This document shows positions 45,301-58,302 of a stretch of DNA of 64,000 nt, one piece after another. How positions within the stretch are numbered: position 1 is the first letter of the stretch; each line of letters opens with the position of its first letter. Origin of the DNA: the human T2T-CHM13v2.0 reference genome, Homo sapiens. The notes under the pieces are model-generated. The model saw only the letters and a program-made list of their open reading frames with translations, did no database searches and had not been told where the DNA came from. The stretch lies in the NCBI RefSeq assembly GCF_009914755.1, contig NC_060940.1; one strand, given 5' to 3'. The translations under genes and the position numbers were made by a program.

Positions 45301-47499
45301 AGAAAACTATCACACAGGATTCAATGACATAATTTTCTGGTATGTATTATTAAAGCATATAAGTTTAATATCAAATATCAAACAGGAAAAAAATTTCAGC
45401 ACGTATTAAACATCATGATTCAGAATCTCAACAAAAAAAGAACTCTTGTAAATGCAAAGAAAAAAAACTGACATGCCTCAAAAAAGGATAAAGAATATTA
45501 CAAGGTAGAAATCTAATAAATGAAAGAAATATGACTTTAAAAATTTGGAATGCCAAAACTGTGATAGTGTCTTGACATATGTAGTCATGTGCATTGCTGG
45601 TGAAAGTAAAAATGGGAACAATTTTTCTAGAAAAAATTGAAAGCATGTATTCAAAATCCAAAATTTAGTGTTTATATGCTTTGACTCTCAATTTTGCTTT
45701 TCAGAATCTCACTTTTTGGAATCCAGCCAAAGGAAATAATCAGAGCTATACACATTGCTTTATGCACAGGTATGTTAATTTTAAAATGATGTATAACCTT
45801 ATGAGGAAATAATCTATTTGCCATTATAATTATAACTGCTTGCTTCTATGTCCTTTGTAATTACAGGTTTGAGTTATATACCTGTGTCAGTACTTAATTA
45901 TCACCTGAACATCCACACTAGAACTTAATTCATATGAAGATAGGGACTTAGTCCATTTTGCTACTGGTGTTTTCTTTGGTCCCTGATGAGTGTCTGGCTT
46001 ATAATAAGATATTTCTTTAATATTTGGTAATTTAGTGATCAAATAAGTAGTGATTCATCCATATTCCATATGGAATAGCAATTCAAGTAAGGGTTAAAAA
46101 ATCTGTTTTCATATTGAACATGCTCCTATGTTAAGTGAAACATACAGAACATTAAATTGTACAAACAATATGAATGTACTATGCACTTTTTTTTGTTTTT
46201 GATACTGATATATCTTGGGGAAAGGGTTAAGGTTATTTTTAAAAATTGGTCTTAAAATTTAAACCTTCAAAAAGGGTAGAGGTTTGATATGTGGAATATT
46301 TATCTCAGATTATTGAGATGGAGAATGACAATTAAGGTTTTCCTTTTCTTTCCCTTTTCCTTCCTTCCTAGAGTAGGTTAATCATCTTTCTGCACTTGTG
46401 GGGAAAGTCTCTATGGGCCATTGAAAACCTATTACACTGTTAACACAGTGTGGGATAAAATCTTTTGTAGCATAACCATATACATTTTTATCCATATGAG
46501 TCAAATCAGAGGATAAAAAAGTGTGCACTATTAAAAATTACTCTAGAACTACAAACAAAAACTGGGGCTGTCTTGGGGAAAGCTAGGACATGCAGTCACC
46601 AAGGTTATCGACCATACCCATGAAAAGTGCCCTGCACCTACTCATTTCTAATAAATAAATAAACAAAAAATATGGCATGGTTATGGGATATTTGGATCCT
46701 CAGGACTTCAATCATTTTGACAGAAAAAAAAAATCACAAAAGAAATAATTTCCCCAGAGTCACTTGCATTTTGAATATATTCTTTAAGTTTATCCATAAT
46801 AGCAAACAATTAAAAGGTAAATCACAACTAATAATAAATGGAGCCAATTTTTGAATAGCATAGAAAATTAATAAATTGTCTACTTCATCTTTTAATGTGG
46901 GAATCATGTGAATGTTACAAGGATTACAGAAAAGAGCAGGTGTTTAAGAGCAGCAGAATGACTAGGACTATTTCAGTTCCCTTTCTACCAACTAATCTGA
47001 GTTGAATAATCCATTATAGTTAAAACAAAAATATATTATATTAACTAAAACTTCACCTCATGGCAAAGCTGTCCACATCCTGTGGATTATTAGAGTGGGA
47101 GTTTGAAGGTTTCTTTCATTTAAACACCCAAGCCCTAAACAAAATGTCTGGAACAGTTCTTCATGCAACTCACCTAAGGTCTGTATTCTGTTAATCTAGA
47201 GCCTCTCCTTGAGCACAGAGGATACCTTGTTTTTTATGGTCCTCTAGCTGTTTGCAGGCTGGAAAAGCAAGAGGGAAAATCCTATTACATGGTCAGCAGC
47301 TGCCGATCAATCACACACCTGAATCTGAAATGTTTGTGTTCTGGGAGAGAACGTAATAATACTATAGCCTCTGTGATCTTCATTTGGTTCACAATATCAT
47401 CCCTATTAATGAATAGGACTGAAAGAAAAAACTAAATGAAAATTCTCACTCAAATCCATAAATTAAAAAGTCTAATGTTGATAACACTCATTGCTATTC

Positions 47500-47830
47500 A
47501 CTTGTTCGATCAAAAATTGTTTATTGGACCCTAAAATTCTGCAGGCACTGTTCTAGGTTCTGGGTGTATAAAAGTCAACCACAGAAAGCCTCACTGTCCT
47601 CATGAATGTTTTGTTATAATATGGAGGGCGTGCATATGATAAACAAATACACAGGTCTCAATTATGATATCAGGTAGAGATAAGTGCATTGAAATAAAAT
47701 AAATGAGACAAGGGGTTAGAAAGGGACTCAGGAAGAAAGGGTGTTATTGAAGGTGGTCAACAAAGGCCTTTCTGAGGAGGTGACATTTAACTAGAGCAAA
47801 GGTACATATGAGGGAAAAGGCACGCCTGTA
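47500..47830 (-). mobile_element. L2 fragment
   Basis: caggcactgttctaggttctggg...aaggcctttctgaggaggtgacattta. Confidence 0.75.
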
Positions 47831-47854
47831 TCCGGGCAGAATAAAGCGCCTGTT

Positions 47855-48350
47855 AAATAGTTCTAGTGTTCCATGGACCCACAGAGGGGAACAACAGACA
47901 CTGGAACCTGTCAGAGCATCAGAGCATGGGGGGTGGGAGGAGGGAGAGGATCAGGAAAAATAACTAGTGGGGACTAGGCTAATATCTGGGTGACAATCTG
48001 TACAATAAATCCCCGTGACATAAGTTTACCTATATAACAAAGCTGCACATGTACCCCTGAACTTAAAATAAAAGTTAAAAATAAAAAAACCAAAAATTTA
48101 AAAAATTTTAAAAATTCTAATGTTCTATGCCACTGTAGGGTGACCATAGTTAACAATAATATTTTATATAGTTTCCAGTGGCTAGAGAGAGAATATTGAA
48201 TGCTCCCAACACAAAGAATTGAAAAACGTTTGACATGATGAATATGTTAATTACCCTGATCAGATCACTATATATTACATATATGTAAATATCACTATGT
48301 ACACCCCGCTAACATATACAATTTATGGTCTCTCAATTCAAAAAAATATA
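47855..48350 (+). mobile_element. L1MA 3' end with a short L1PA 3' end (~47875-48110) inserted
   Basis: acagagggggaacaacagacactgg...ctgcacatgtacccctgaacttaaaataaaag flanked by ttctagtgttccatg / ttctaatgttctatg. Confidence 0.82.
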
Positions 48351-51300
48351 ATAAAATGAAGAGCTGACTCAATTTCTGGTAACTCCCTTTACAGTTCAGG
48401 CTTTGAAACTGACAGCTCACCAGCAGGAGATCCATCTTTTCTTTCCAGATTCTCTTCTTGGTCCTCTGCCTCTGGAAGCAGGTTAGTTTACCTTCTAGAA
48501 CTTCAGTACTCTCATTCATAAATTAGTTGGGTAGACACCATCGGTTTTGGCTGAGTTCCCAGGGCAGTTCTGAGTTCAATATCACCCTTCTTTCCCACAC
48601 CAGCATATTCAAGTAACAGACATACTTTTATTTCCTATGTGTGTATCTGTAAATAACTCATGTGTATCTAAACAAATGTATTTAAGAGGAAACATTGTAT
48701 TATTGTTATGCAAACTTTCTCATGGCATGGAAGATAACTGTACAAATAAATACATGGAAAGAAAATAACTTTATTAAATTCTTACTAGACACATTTGCTG
48801 CTGAAGACTTTAAGCTTGAGATCTTATTTCCATTTCAAAAAAGGGGATTTTATAGTGGTTAGACATTTAATCCCAAACTGGGTCTTATCTCATCAGAATG
48901 AATAATAAAAATTTTGCCAATACCTCTTGGGGATCCACAATTATTTACCAAGCATCTACAACATATCAGGCTCTGTACTAGGCTCTGGGGTACCTTGTAA
49001 AAAGAAATGTCTTTGCTCCTAATGGCCTTCATTCTAAATAGAAAAATAGATTGAAAATAAAACATGGAAAAGAGAAGAAATCACAAACAAAAAAATACAT
49101 ACTTGGCAAATAATAATAGAAGAGCAATATGGCAGACAGGGATTAGGGGGCTGCTTCAAATTGGATGGTCAGAGAAACAGCCAGCTAAGAGGGAAGGAAT
49201 TTCAAACAGAGGGACAACTCTGCGCACATCACACTCTTAGTATTTCAAAGAGAATGCCTTTGTCCTTTTAAAATGTATTCTTATTTAACATCACTTAAAA
49301 CTACCTCTTCTAACCACCAGAGATGCAGAAATTTGTATTTCAAACTTGGAAAATACTAGACTACAGGGATCAAGGTTCCTCATAGTCTAGAACTTTGAGG
49401 AATGACTGTTTCGAAGCTCCTGATGACAATGTAGTGAAATCCCCTAGGTTAGGCTGGGAGAACCCCTTGGGTCACAGTCCTTACACAACAAAGATGCAAT
49501 ATCTATCTTTTAGATATTATTATATTTTAGATGTAGTTTAAGGCCTATCCTGGGGCTACTAGATAAAAGTCTTCAAAGGAGAAGCCGAAAGGTACCTTAA
49601 TTTCACTTTTGGATCTGAGGCTCTCTTCTAAGTCATTTGCGGATCCAGTTTACAGTAGGAAAAGTATAAGTAACAGCAAAAACAGCAACAATAAACTCAT
49701 TCATTTGTGCAGCTAGTTATATATTTACTTTTATTTTCCTATTCTAGGTCAATAATTTCTAGCATTCCAATCAGAGATTACATATGTCCACCATATGGAT
49801 AAAGAAAATGAGACACACAAAGAAGATGACCTTTCCAATGCTAGCAAGTCATACAGATTATCTGATGCCACTTTCATGATTTGCTTAGTGCATTGGGCCC
49901 CGATTTGATCTGAGGGTGTGCTGGGTGACTATCAAGGTAGGATATCTAATCATGTGAAATCTAAATCCGATGCATTATCATGGTCTTATCAAAACATTGG
50001 GAGGTGGAGGGAGGGAAGGTGCCCAGGTGAATTCTCACTTATAGATTTCTAGTAGTTTAGAATGCTGTAATGCCTAGGACGTGAATTTCCCTTTACTCAT
50101 CTGACGCTGTTGTCTTGCCCCTAACATTTACTCAGTACCTATTTTTGGCTGGGAAACTAAAGTTAAAAAAGGGAAGAGATTGGTGTCTTTGGGAAAAGCC
50201 CATTTGTAATTCTAGAGACCCTGGACTAGTTTTTAGGTAAGCAGTATCAAATGGACAATGTCTTTACTAATTCTTAAGAGTAAGTCATTTGAAAATTACA
50301 TTTCTAAACACTACTATTTCTTTAATATCTTACTTAATGTTGGCGGAAAGGGAGAAGGAGGAAGAAAATTATCATAGCATAAAATAATTTCCAATTTCCT
50401 GAGTTCTTACTGATTTAAAAATAGTGATTAAACTAAGCTCATTCTAATTGTTATATAAAAAGGAATATTCTAATGAAATTATATGCCTTCAAACATCAAT
50501 ATTTTCAGAGAAGAGATGTGTCTGAAAAAAAGAAGAAGCACCATTGCTTGAACAAATTAGCAAAAATATATCAAACATGAAATTCCTTATATTGGAAGAG
50601 TACAAGTTTGTTCAGGTCTTGACACACTCATCCCAATTTCAAATATTATTTCATAATATCTTCTATCCAATTATATATAAAACTCATAATTATGTAAACT
50701 TGTCTTCTGAAAAAGAAACATTAAAAGCTATTTTACCTGTTGCTTTGCCAATATTATGCTGCATATTTTAGTCAAATATAAGTAAATTCAATAAATTCAC
50801 TAGACAGATAATTAATCTTTATTTTTAATATTTGGAGTAGGTAAATTGTCAATCAGTTCTCTTCCTAAACTATAGTGTGTGAAGACATCTATGCTCTACT
50901 GTTGGCTCAGGAGAGAGGAAAATCAGAGTAGATTGATTTCTGAAGAAACAAGTCAAATAAAACAGAAGGCATAAGGTGGTAAATTCTTCCCTTCTATTAT
51001 TCTGAAGCCTGGAATTGAGAAAATAATACAAACAGTAACAATATAATTGCTACCTTCTAGTGTTTTTCCTGTCCTAGGAATGGTTAGTGGCTGCAGAAAT
51101 GTGAATTCATCTATTCTTCACCACTGCTGGCAATGTAGGAATTATTGCTTCCATTGTACACTTGTGGAAAATGAAGTTCAGTGAGGTCAAGACTCCCCCT
51201 TGCTGCCCTATATTTTTAATCCCATGAATAAGGTGAAATATCAAACTTCTCTGTGAAACATAATAAAAATAGCTGCAAAATGCCTAATTGGTTTCTTATA

Positions 51301-52334
51301 TATTTGATTTCCAAAATTCATAGTGTAGAAGGATGTAAACCCCAGCAGAAAATTTTACAATTCTGATCCTTGTGCCATTTTGGACTTGGAAGAGTCTAAG
51401 CATTCAGAGATATGATTACATCCTCTCGTCAAACTATGTGGTGAATGGTTGCTCAAAGTAATAACCTGAACACCTGGAGGCTGGGGGTTTCCATCTCCTT
51501 CCAAGTTCTCACTGCCAATGGCTTAGCTGAGTTATTGATTGTGAGGGACAGTCCTTGCTGTTGGCTTCTTTATCCTAAGTTTAAAGGGTACATCTCCTGA
51601 CCCAAAGTGGGAGAAATGGTATTTTCTCCCATCGAGCTTTGACATCATTTCCTGTGTAGCTTTGGAGAGACACTTAACCTCTCTGGTCCACAATTTTCTT
51701 CAGTGTAATGAAGGGATTGTAGCATATACTTTGTCTTCTCATAGAAACAGAATGTGTTACACATGTTTAGTACATGACCTCCATACAGTATAAGCTCAAG
51801 AAAGGCTAATTAAAGAGAAGAATGATTGAATTAATAACCCCTTCCTATTTTTCAAAGCATTTGACACACAAGGATAAGGTTTATGCTTACTAATTACCCT
51901 TATTAATAAAACTAAACTCAGCCTTACTCTTCATACCAGAGGGATTTTACCATTAAAATACCCTTTTAAATTTGAAAGAGAACAGTGAAAACCCAATTAG
52001 AAAAATGCTGTCACTCCTAAGGCTTCAGCTCACATTTGATGACTCTTACACTCCATGTCCAGGCCCTACTTCTACAATGAGCGAACTGAAAATCCATACT
52101 TCTGATGACTTACTTGAAAGTCCATCCAGTTGTCACACAAACACCTCCCATTTACAATCCCAACCCAAACTCAATTCAATTTATTTTCCCCAAACCCACT
52201 TCCTTTCAATTTACCAATCCTAGGTACTAAGATCACAGTTGACACAATTTTTCAGATAAGGATGCTTAAAATCACACTGGCAACCTCTAATCACTCATCA
52301 AATCCTGATAAATCTGCCTCATCAGTATATTTGC

Positions 52335-52900
52335 TTTCATTCAATAGATATTTATTGTGTACCTGTTATGTTTCAGGCACTGTGTAAAGAACTGAGTATA
52401 CAATGGTAAACAAGAAAGCAAGATTCCCTGCCCTCATGGAGCTTACATTCTAGTGGGGCAGTCAGTCCCACCCACCCACACACATACATAAAGCCAAAAA
52501 GCAAAATAAGTTTAAAGAGTTGTCATCGATACAAAATAACAAGGGTGACCTGCTTTCCATGGAAAAGGAACGTGTTTTTTTTTGTATCAGGAACCGAAAG
52601 ATGGCCAGTGTGGCTGGAGCATCGTGCACTGAAAGGAGGATGGAGTGGAATGACACTGGAGAGGTTCGCAGGGCCCTGTTCATGTAAAGCAATAAAATAA
52701 AGGCATCAGAATTCATTTTAAGTCTTTGGGAAGCCAGTGAAGAGGTTTAAGTTACGAAGTCATGTGATCTGGGTTGTGTGTTAAAAGTATCCCTCTGGCT
52801 TCTTTGTGAAGAGGAGGTTGGGAGGCAGAGGGTGAGCCAAGAGGTGGGGTCAGTCTTCCGGGTCAGAGATGACCATGGCCCAGACCAGGCTGATGGCAGT
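52335..52900 (-). mobile_element. L2 3' fragment, co-oriented with CDH11
   Basis: cattcaatagatatttattg...caggcactgtg...ccctgccctcatggagcttacattctagtgggg...gggaagccagtgaagaggtttaag. Confidence 0.85.
52351..52356 (-). terminator. Candidate distal polyadenylation signal AATAAA inside an L2 3' end
   Basis: TTTATT within ttcattcaatagatatttattgtgtacctg, the reverse complement of the L2 tail. Confidence 0.55.
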
Positions 52901-53815
52901 GCAAGAGCAGAGAAGTCTTTCCTCTTCTCCATCTCCAAATTACTGAATTATTTCAGGCCCTCATTCTATCTCATATTGACCTTTGCAAAAGCCCTCCTGG
53001 GGCACACCTCTGGGTTTATATGCTCCTAATCTGTCCTCCACACTGCCTGCCAAATAAATTTTGCCCCTCTTCTGCTCAGAGACTCCAACTGCCCAGCCCC
53101 CATTCACCCCCATTGTCTTATAAAGTTTCTCAAAAAGATGTGAAGGATATGTCACAATGACCCAGGAGCAGTTTCAAATACTCCTGACCTGGTTCCACCT
53201 GACATACAGAGCCATGATCTCTATATTTTTAAGCAATTCTCCAAGAGGTGCAAATAAACTACTCTTTTATCTTCCCTGTCACCCCCAGAAACCCAGGCCT
53301 AAAAGAAATAACTTAGCTAAACCCAAGATCTGTCCAGAATTGCCACAGCTGGCCTAATCTCCGCTCACACTCTATATCTCACCATCTCCTTCCTGTTATA
53401 TCTTTTATGTTCTTCCTTCAATTTGGAAGGAGAGAAAATATCTTCTTGCATTTTCTAGGAGGGCAAATAGGTAAATAGGTGATTATAAGACAACAAGGTG
53501 GATACTTTGGTACAGGGCTGAATTATCAAAAGATGTCAGAAAAGGTAGTAAGATTCATTCTGAATCCTCCAGTAAGTGGAACAGGGTTTATAAAATAAGA
53601 TTTTGATGAATTAATGAATGAATCAATGAATGAATGATGACTAGAAACAATAACCATTACTTGAGGAAAAGAACAGAAGCATGTTCCTTCTTTTAGCTGC
53701 ATAGATGGTATAAAACAGTGATTACTTTAGAATAAGGAAGGACCGTTTAAATTAAGACTTCTTTTAAGGCAATGTGCTCCAAATGAAAAAGGACTCCACT
53801 AGTTGGGAAAGACAT

Positions 53816-53821
53816 TTTATT
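53816..53821 (-). terminator. Candidate intermediate polyadenylation signal AATAAA
   Basis: TTTATT on +, downstream of a long U tract (A-run on + at ~53870-53907). Confidence 0.5.
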
Positions 53822-55373
53822 TCCAAGTTTCTAAGAGTGTTCTACAAACAATAGAGGCTTAACGAAAAAATAAAAGGTAAAAAAAAAAAAAAAAAAGAAA
53901 AAGAAAAACAAGTATTCTTAACTACTGAAAAGTAAACAGCCTTTTTAAAAAAGACTTCAACATAAAAATGCGAAAATGTAGTTGTCATCTCTAATCCAAA
54001 TACATTCCTAGAGAAAAGGATCATCCATGGTGACAGGGTTACTTACAGCTGTATACTTATTTAAATGCTATTCATATTCCTTTTGAGTTATTTCTTCATT
54101 GCAAATTCAATTGGAGATCTGTGCAAATCTAGCAAAATATTCTTTGGATTACAAAAACTATATAAAAAAATGAACACAACCTGCAATTATGGAAGTATTG
54201 AGAATGTGTAATCCTTCACTGAGATGAAAGATTCTAAAGTGACATTGTCCACAAAATGTATTCCATTGAAGTGTTCAGCCCAATTTGATTTCAATGCAAA
54301 GTAAAATGGAAGTGAGCACTTCATAAAAAACATTTCTTTGTATGCATGTTGACTAAATCATAAAAATAGTACATAACATGATATCAAGAAATGCTTGAAA
54401 CAAACTTTCACAATAAAGTCAGAAAAAAACTGTAAAAATTGTCTGCAATCCAAGAAAAAGCACGTGCCCTGTGTGTAGGGGGAAAGAGGGAAAGCACTTG
54501 CAGTGTGACTTTATGTGGTCTTTCCCCAAGTATTGCTACGTTTTGACCTTTGGCCCAACTGAACAGGTGAAATGCCCTTCACATAAGTTTCAATCCCCAA
54601 GAAACTAGCTGGAATGCAGGGGACTGTAGACACACTCCTGGACCAAATGGCATCGACTCTCAGAATCCAAAATGGTCCCTGCCCTCATTCTGAGCTTACG
54701 GCCCCAAGCATATTCTAAACAAAGCTTTTTTAAATGAATCGCCCATTCTCATTAAAACATAAAATGCCACATCATTTTACAATTAGTTAAAATTACAGGA
54801 GGAAAAATAAGCAGTTTCAACTATCAAGAGTCTTACAATAGCCTGGTAAGTTCAACAGAAGAAAAAATAGAATAACATTAGAGTCTGGGCAAATTTATAT
54901 TTTTGACTCTAGTCCCCCAGTTCCCCAGTGCTCAGTGTGGGGCATAGAATGTATACCTGGAACATTAGAGTTCTGATAGCTCCATTCCCTCATGGATTCA
55001 TCTCTCATAACCATCAAATTACTGATATACAAGATAAATGCATACTATATAACACATATTGCAAAGTCATAGACTGACCTAGTTCTTTCACATCCTTCTT
55101 TTTTAGAAGATGTGTGTGAAGAGAAGCCAGGAGGTTAACACCAAGAATGTACAAAAAAGCTTTACATGATGTTACAGAATCTTGTCTGAAAAAACATTTG
55201 TAAAACATATTTGATTTTAAATAAACAATAAAAGCAGCAGACAGACAACAACAGATCATAAATAGGGTTATTAAAAGATCACAATTAAATTAGAAATATA
55301 AATGGATCATTAGAAATACTTAACGTTTGTTTCAATGTTAAGAATCAAACCCAGAATTAAAAAAAAATCTTTT

Positions 55374-55379
55374 TTTATT
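55374..55379 (-). terminator. Proximal polyadenylation signal AATAAA
   Basis: TTTATT on +. In the transcript there is a UGUA ~45 nt upstream and U/GU-rich sequence downstream (uuuuuuuuaauucuggguuugauu). Confidence 0.8.
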
Positions 55380-56179
55380 TCAAAGATTGCTTCTTATATT
55401 GAAGCTCATATTAAAGCAACAGTACAATGTTCATAAAATATAAGTGTGATGCCGTAACATTTTCTTACATGTCAGAATACTGATATTTATATGTATACTA
55501 AAATAAGAACTTTAAAATTGTACAAATAGATACATTAAAAATGACATAGAAATAGGGCGTCTCTCACTGAAACAAGACAGTTATATCTGGCACGTATTAG
55601 TTTAAGATGAAAGTAGAAGCAAAAAGATTTACAAGAATCAGCAGTAACAAGATTGATGCTCAAGAGACATAATTGTACATTGTATTGTACATACATTGTA
55701 TGGGTTTAAGCTGGCTGAATATTATATATTTCAAGTTTAAAAATGCACTACATATAGAGTGTCCAGAGTTTAAGGCGAAATTACAGCTCAGAACTGTTGT
55801 CCTTTCTAATTTTGTGGAAGCTTCTTTGACAACTTAAAAAAGAAGAAAGACTTGGATGTTCATAACACATAAACAATTTCCCTTCATTGTCAGTTCAGCG
55901 TTAGACTTCTCCTTCACTTAAATATTTTGTATGCCAAGTGTTTTTTTTTTCTAGCGAAGTTGATAAACAACTTCAATATTTGCCTTTTTGTGAGAAAAGG
56001 TATTTCACAGTATTTACCACTTTGATGTCCTCGCAGTTTTATTAAATGTATCCTCTCTGTAAAACTTTGCCTGTTTTAAATGAGCCTTTCCTTGATTTAA
56101 AAAAATACCTGTTTACACATCTTCTAGATTCTTGAGAACGCCAGACACAGTTCTTAAGGCCAAATTTGTATCGTTATTG

Positions 56180-56676
56180 TTAAGAATCGTCATCAAAAGT
56201 GTCTTTGGAACCATACAAATCTGCTAGTTTCTTAAAACGAGGTCCCCAGTTCTGTAGATAATCATAGTCCAAGTCTGAATCTGTGGTGGCCGACTCTAGG
56301 GAGCTCAGGGACCCGGCCACTGAGCCCCTGCCTTCATAACCGTAGATTTGAATGGAGTCATAAGGAGGAGCCGTGGGGTCATTGTCTGCCTCCTGTATTC
56401 TCGTGTTGATGAAGTCATCGACATCCACGCTGTTGGGCGCTGGCCGGAGCCCAGGTCTAGGCATGTACTGATACTCAGGTTTGATGTCTTTGCGGGGGAT
56501 AAATCCATTGATACCATCAGGATTCTGGAGGGTGGCAATATCAAAGGCTTCTGTGTCTTCTTCCCCACCCCCTTCATCATCATAAGTAATGATGTTCTCA
56601 CGGACATCTTCTTCCTCAAAGACAATGAGTGGTTCTTTCTTTTGCCTTCTCAGGGTCACAAACAATACTACAATGA
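56180..56676 (-). CDS. CDH11: CDH11 terminal coding exon: end of the transmembrane helix plus the classical cadherin cytoplasmic tail
   Basis: Translation (V)IVVLFVTLRRQKKEPL...YDDEGGGEEDTEAFD (p120-binding motif)...PPYDSIQIYGYEGRGSVAGSLSSL...DYDYLQNWGPRFKKLADLYGSKDTFDDDS* (beta-catenin-binding region). Pyrimidine tract plus AG acceptor at 56678-56677, phase 1. The ORF-track N-terminus (56677-56758) is intronic. Confidence 0.98.
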
Positions 56677-57185
56677 CTGGAGGGAAAGAAAAAGAAGGTA
56701 AGCATTCGTTAAGTCCAGTATTCCTGGGTTCTTCTGCCAGAGGAACTCTGATTACCATAAACCATGAGGTATAAATGCTCAGAACAGGAAACAGTATAGG
56801 AAATGAGAGCTTTGCCTGGAATCCCTAAGGATGTGTAAAATTGACCCCTGCCTGGCTCTTCCTCTACAAATGCTGCCATGAAAACATTACACCCAACAAC
56901 TTGGCAGGTTGGGACAATTTTGAACTTTTAACAAATGAATCCAGACACCATTTAGGAGTCATCTTCCTAAGAACTAGGAAGATTCTAAATATGTTGGTCT
57001 GTAGTCTCTTAGAAGTGGCTAATGCCAATTTCTCTTTGCAAAGGAAGGTAGCTGTTTTTCCAAGGTTTAAAAATGAGGACATGCAGAGCCCTTAGGGCCT
57101 ACCATCTTATAGGGGGTGATGGCTAGCTTCTGCCAATGTCTGAGAAAGAGTATTGGTCCTATACTAACTTAATGGGAAGTCTTAC

Positions 57186-57364
57186 CGTAAGTGTGGTTGG
57201 ACTCTCTGTAGCCACCACATAGAGGAAAGGAAGTTTTATAAAGACCCCCAGAAGACAAAATCTTCTGTTTACTTTAACATAGGAAAATAGCATCAGCTGG
57301 AAGCCCAGATAAAGCAATCTCATGTCTTCCCTGGGAGAGGGGGGTTCCATTAAGCTTGGGCAAC
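57186..57364 (-). CDS. CDH11: CDH11 alternative 179-nt cassette exon (truncated variant isoform)
   Basis: Acceptor cccctcctAG at 57366-57365 and donor ACG|GTAAGA at 57185; length exactly 179. Inclusion reads GCPSLMEPPSPREDMRLLYLGFQLMLFSYVKVNRRFCLLGVFIKLPFLYVVATESPTTLT, then SL* in the shifted frame of the last exon (TAG at 56670-56668). This matches my recollection of the described 179-bp-insertion OB-cadherin variant. Confidence 0.92.
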
Positions 57365-57991
57365 CTAGGAGGGGTGATCAGAGTCATTTATAAGGAAAGT
57401 TCAGGCACAGTTTAATTCTTCATTGATTCCCTCTTTTCCCCAAGAGGCTTCTACAATATTCCATTAGAAGGCTCTCCCATACACCCAGCAAGGCTGAAGA
57501 AAATGTTTGTGGCTGAATCTTGCACTCCAGCTGAGCGCCCCTCTGGCTCCACTACTGCTCTGAGAAGAAGGAATGAGAGATTGTACTTGCCCTGGACTTC
57601 GTGTGGCTCCCAAAGCTCTGTGCTTTTTTCTTGTGGGCACTTTCACTCACACAGACCACTCCTTTTCACTTTCTCTGCTTAGCGGACTCTTTTTTTCTTT
57701 CATCATGGATACACTTCCTGGCCTGCCATCCTGACACCAGACAGGACTACTGGCACCTTTTTCATGCACCAGCCTGGCCCCGTTCTTATCCTTATTATAA
57801 TATTTATCACATGGTTTACACATCTGTTTCCACTTCTATTAACTTTTTAGGGCTTTTGTATTTTACTTCCTCTGTTTGAAATATTCATTTATCCAAGCCT
57901 CTGTCCTCAGCTGGACAACTCTCAGCAGCCAACCTGTATGTCACATCCTCCAGGAAGATTTCTTTGACCTTCCCAGGCAATGTTAGGTGCC

Positions 57992-58302
<311 letters not shown>

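Larger units (their letters stand above)
52330..56179 (-). other. CDH11: CDH11 3' UTR (short form ending ~55355; long form probably ending ~52330)
   Basis: Follows the TAA stop; AU-rich and nearly repeat-free over 53700-56179, with minus-strand AATAAA hexamers. The end positions are inferred from the hexamers. Confidence 0.7.

Noticed and set aside
56677-56758. N-terminal extension MVIRVPLAEEP... of the 192-aa ORF
   Set aside because: Lies upstream of the splice acceptor; intronic sequence that happens to be open.
56305-56774. Overlapping and antisense ORFs across the CDH11 terminal exon (also 59303-59693)
   Set aside because: Shadow frames of GC-richer coding exons with no independent support.
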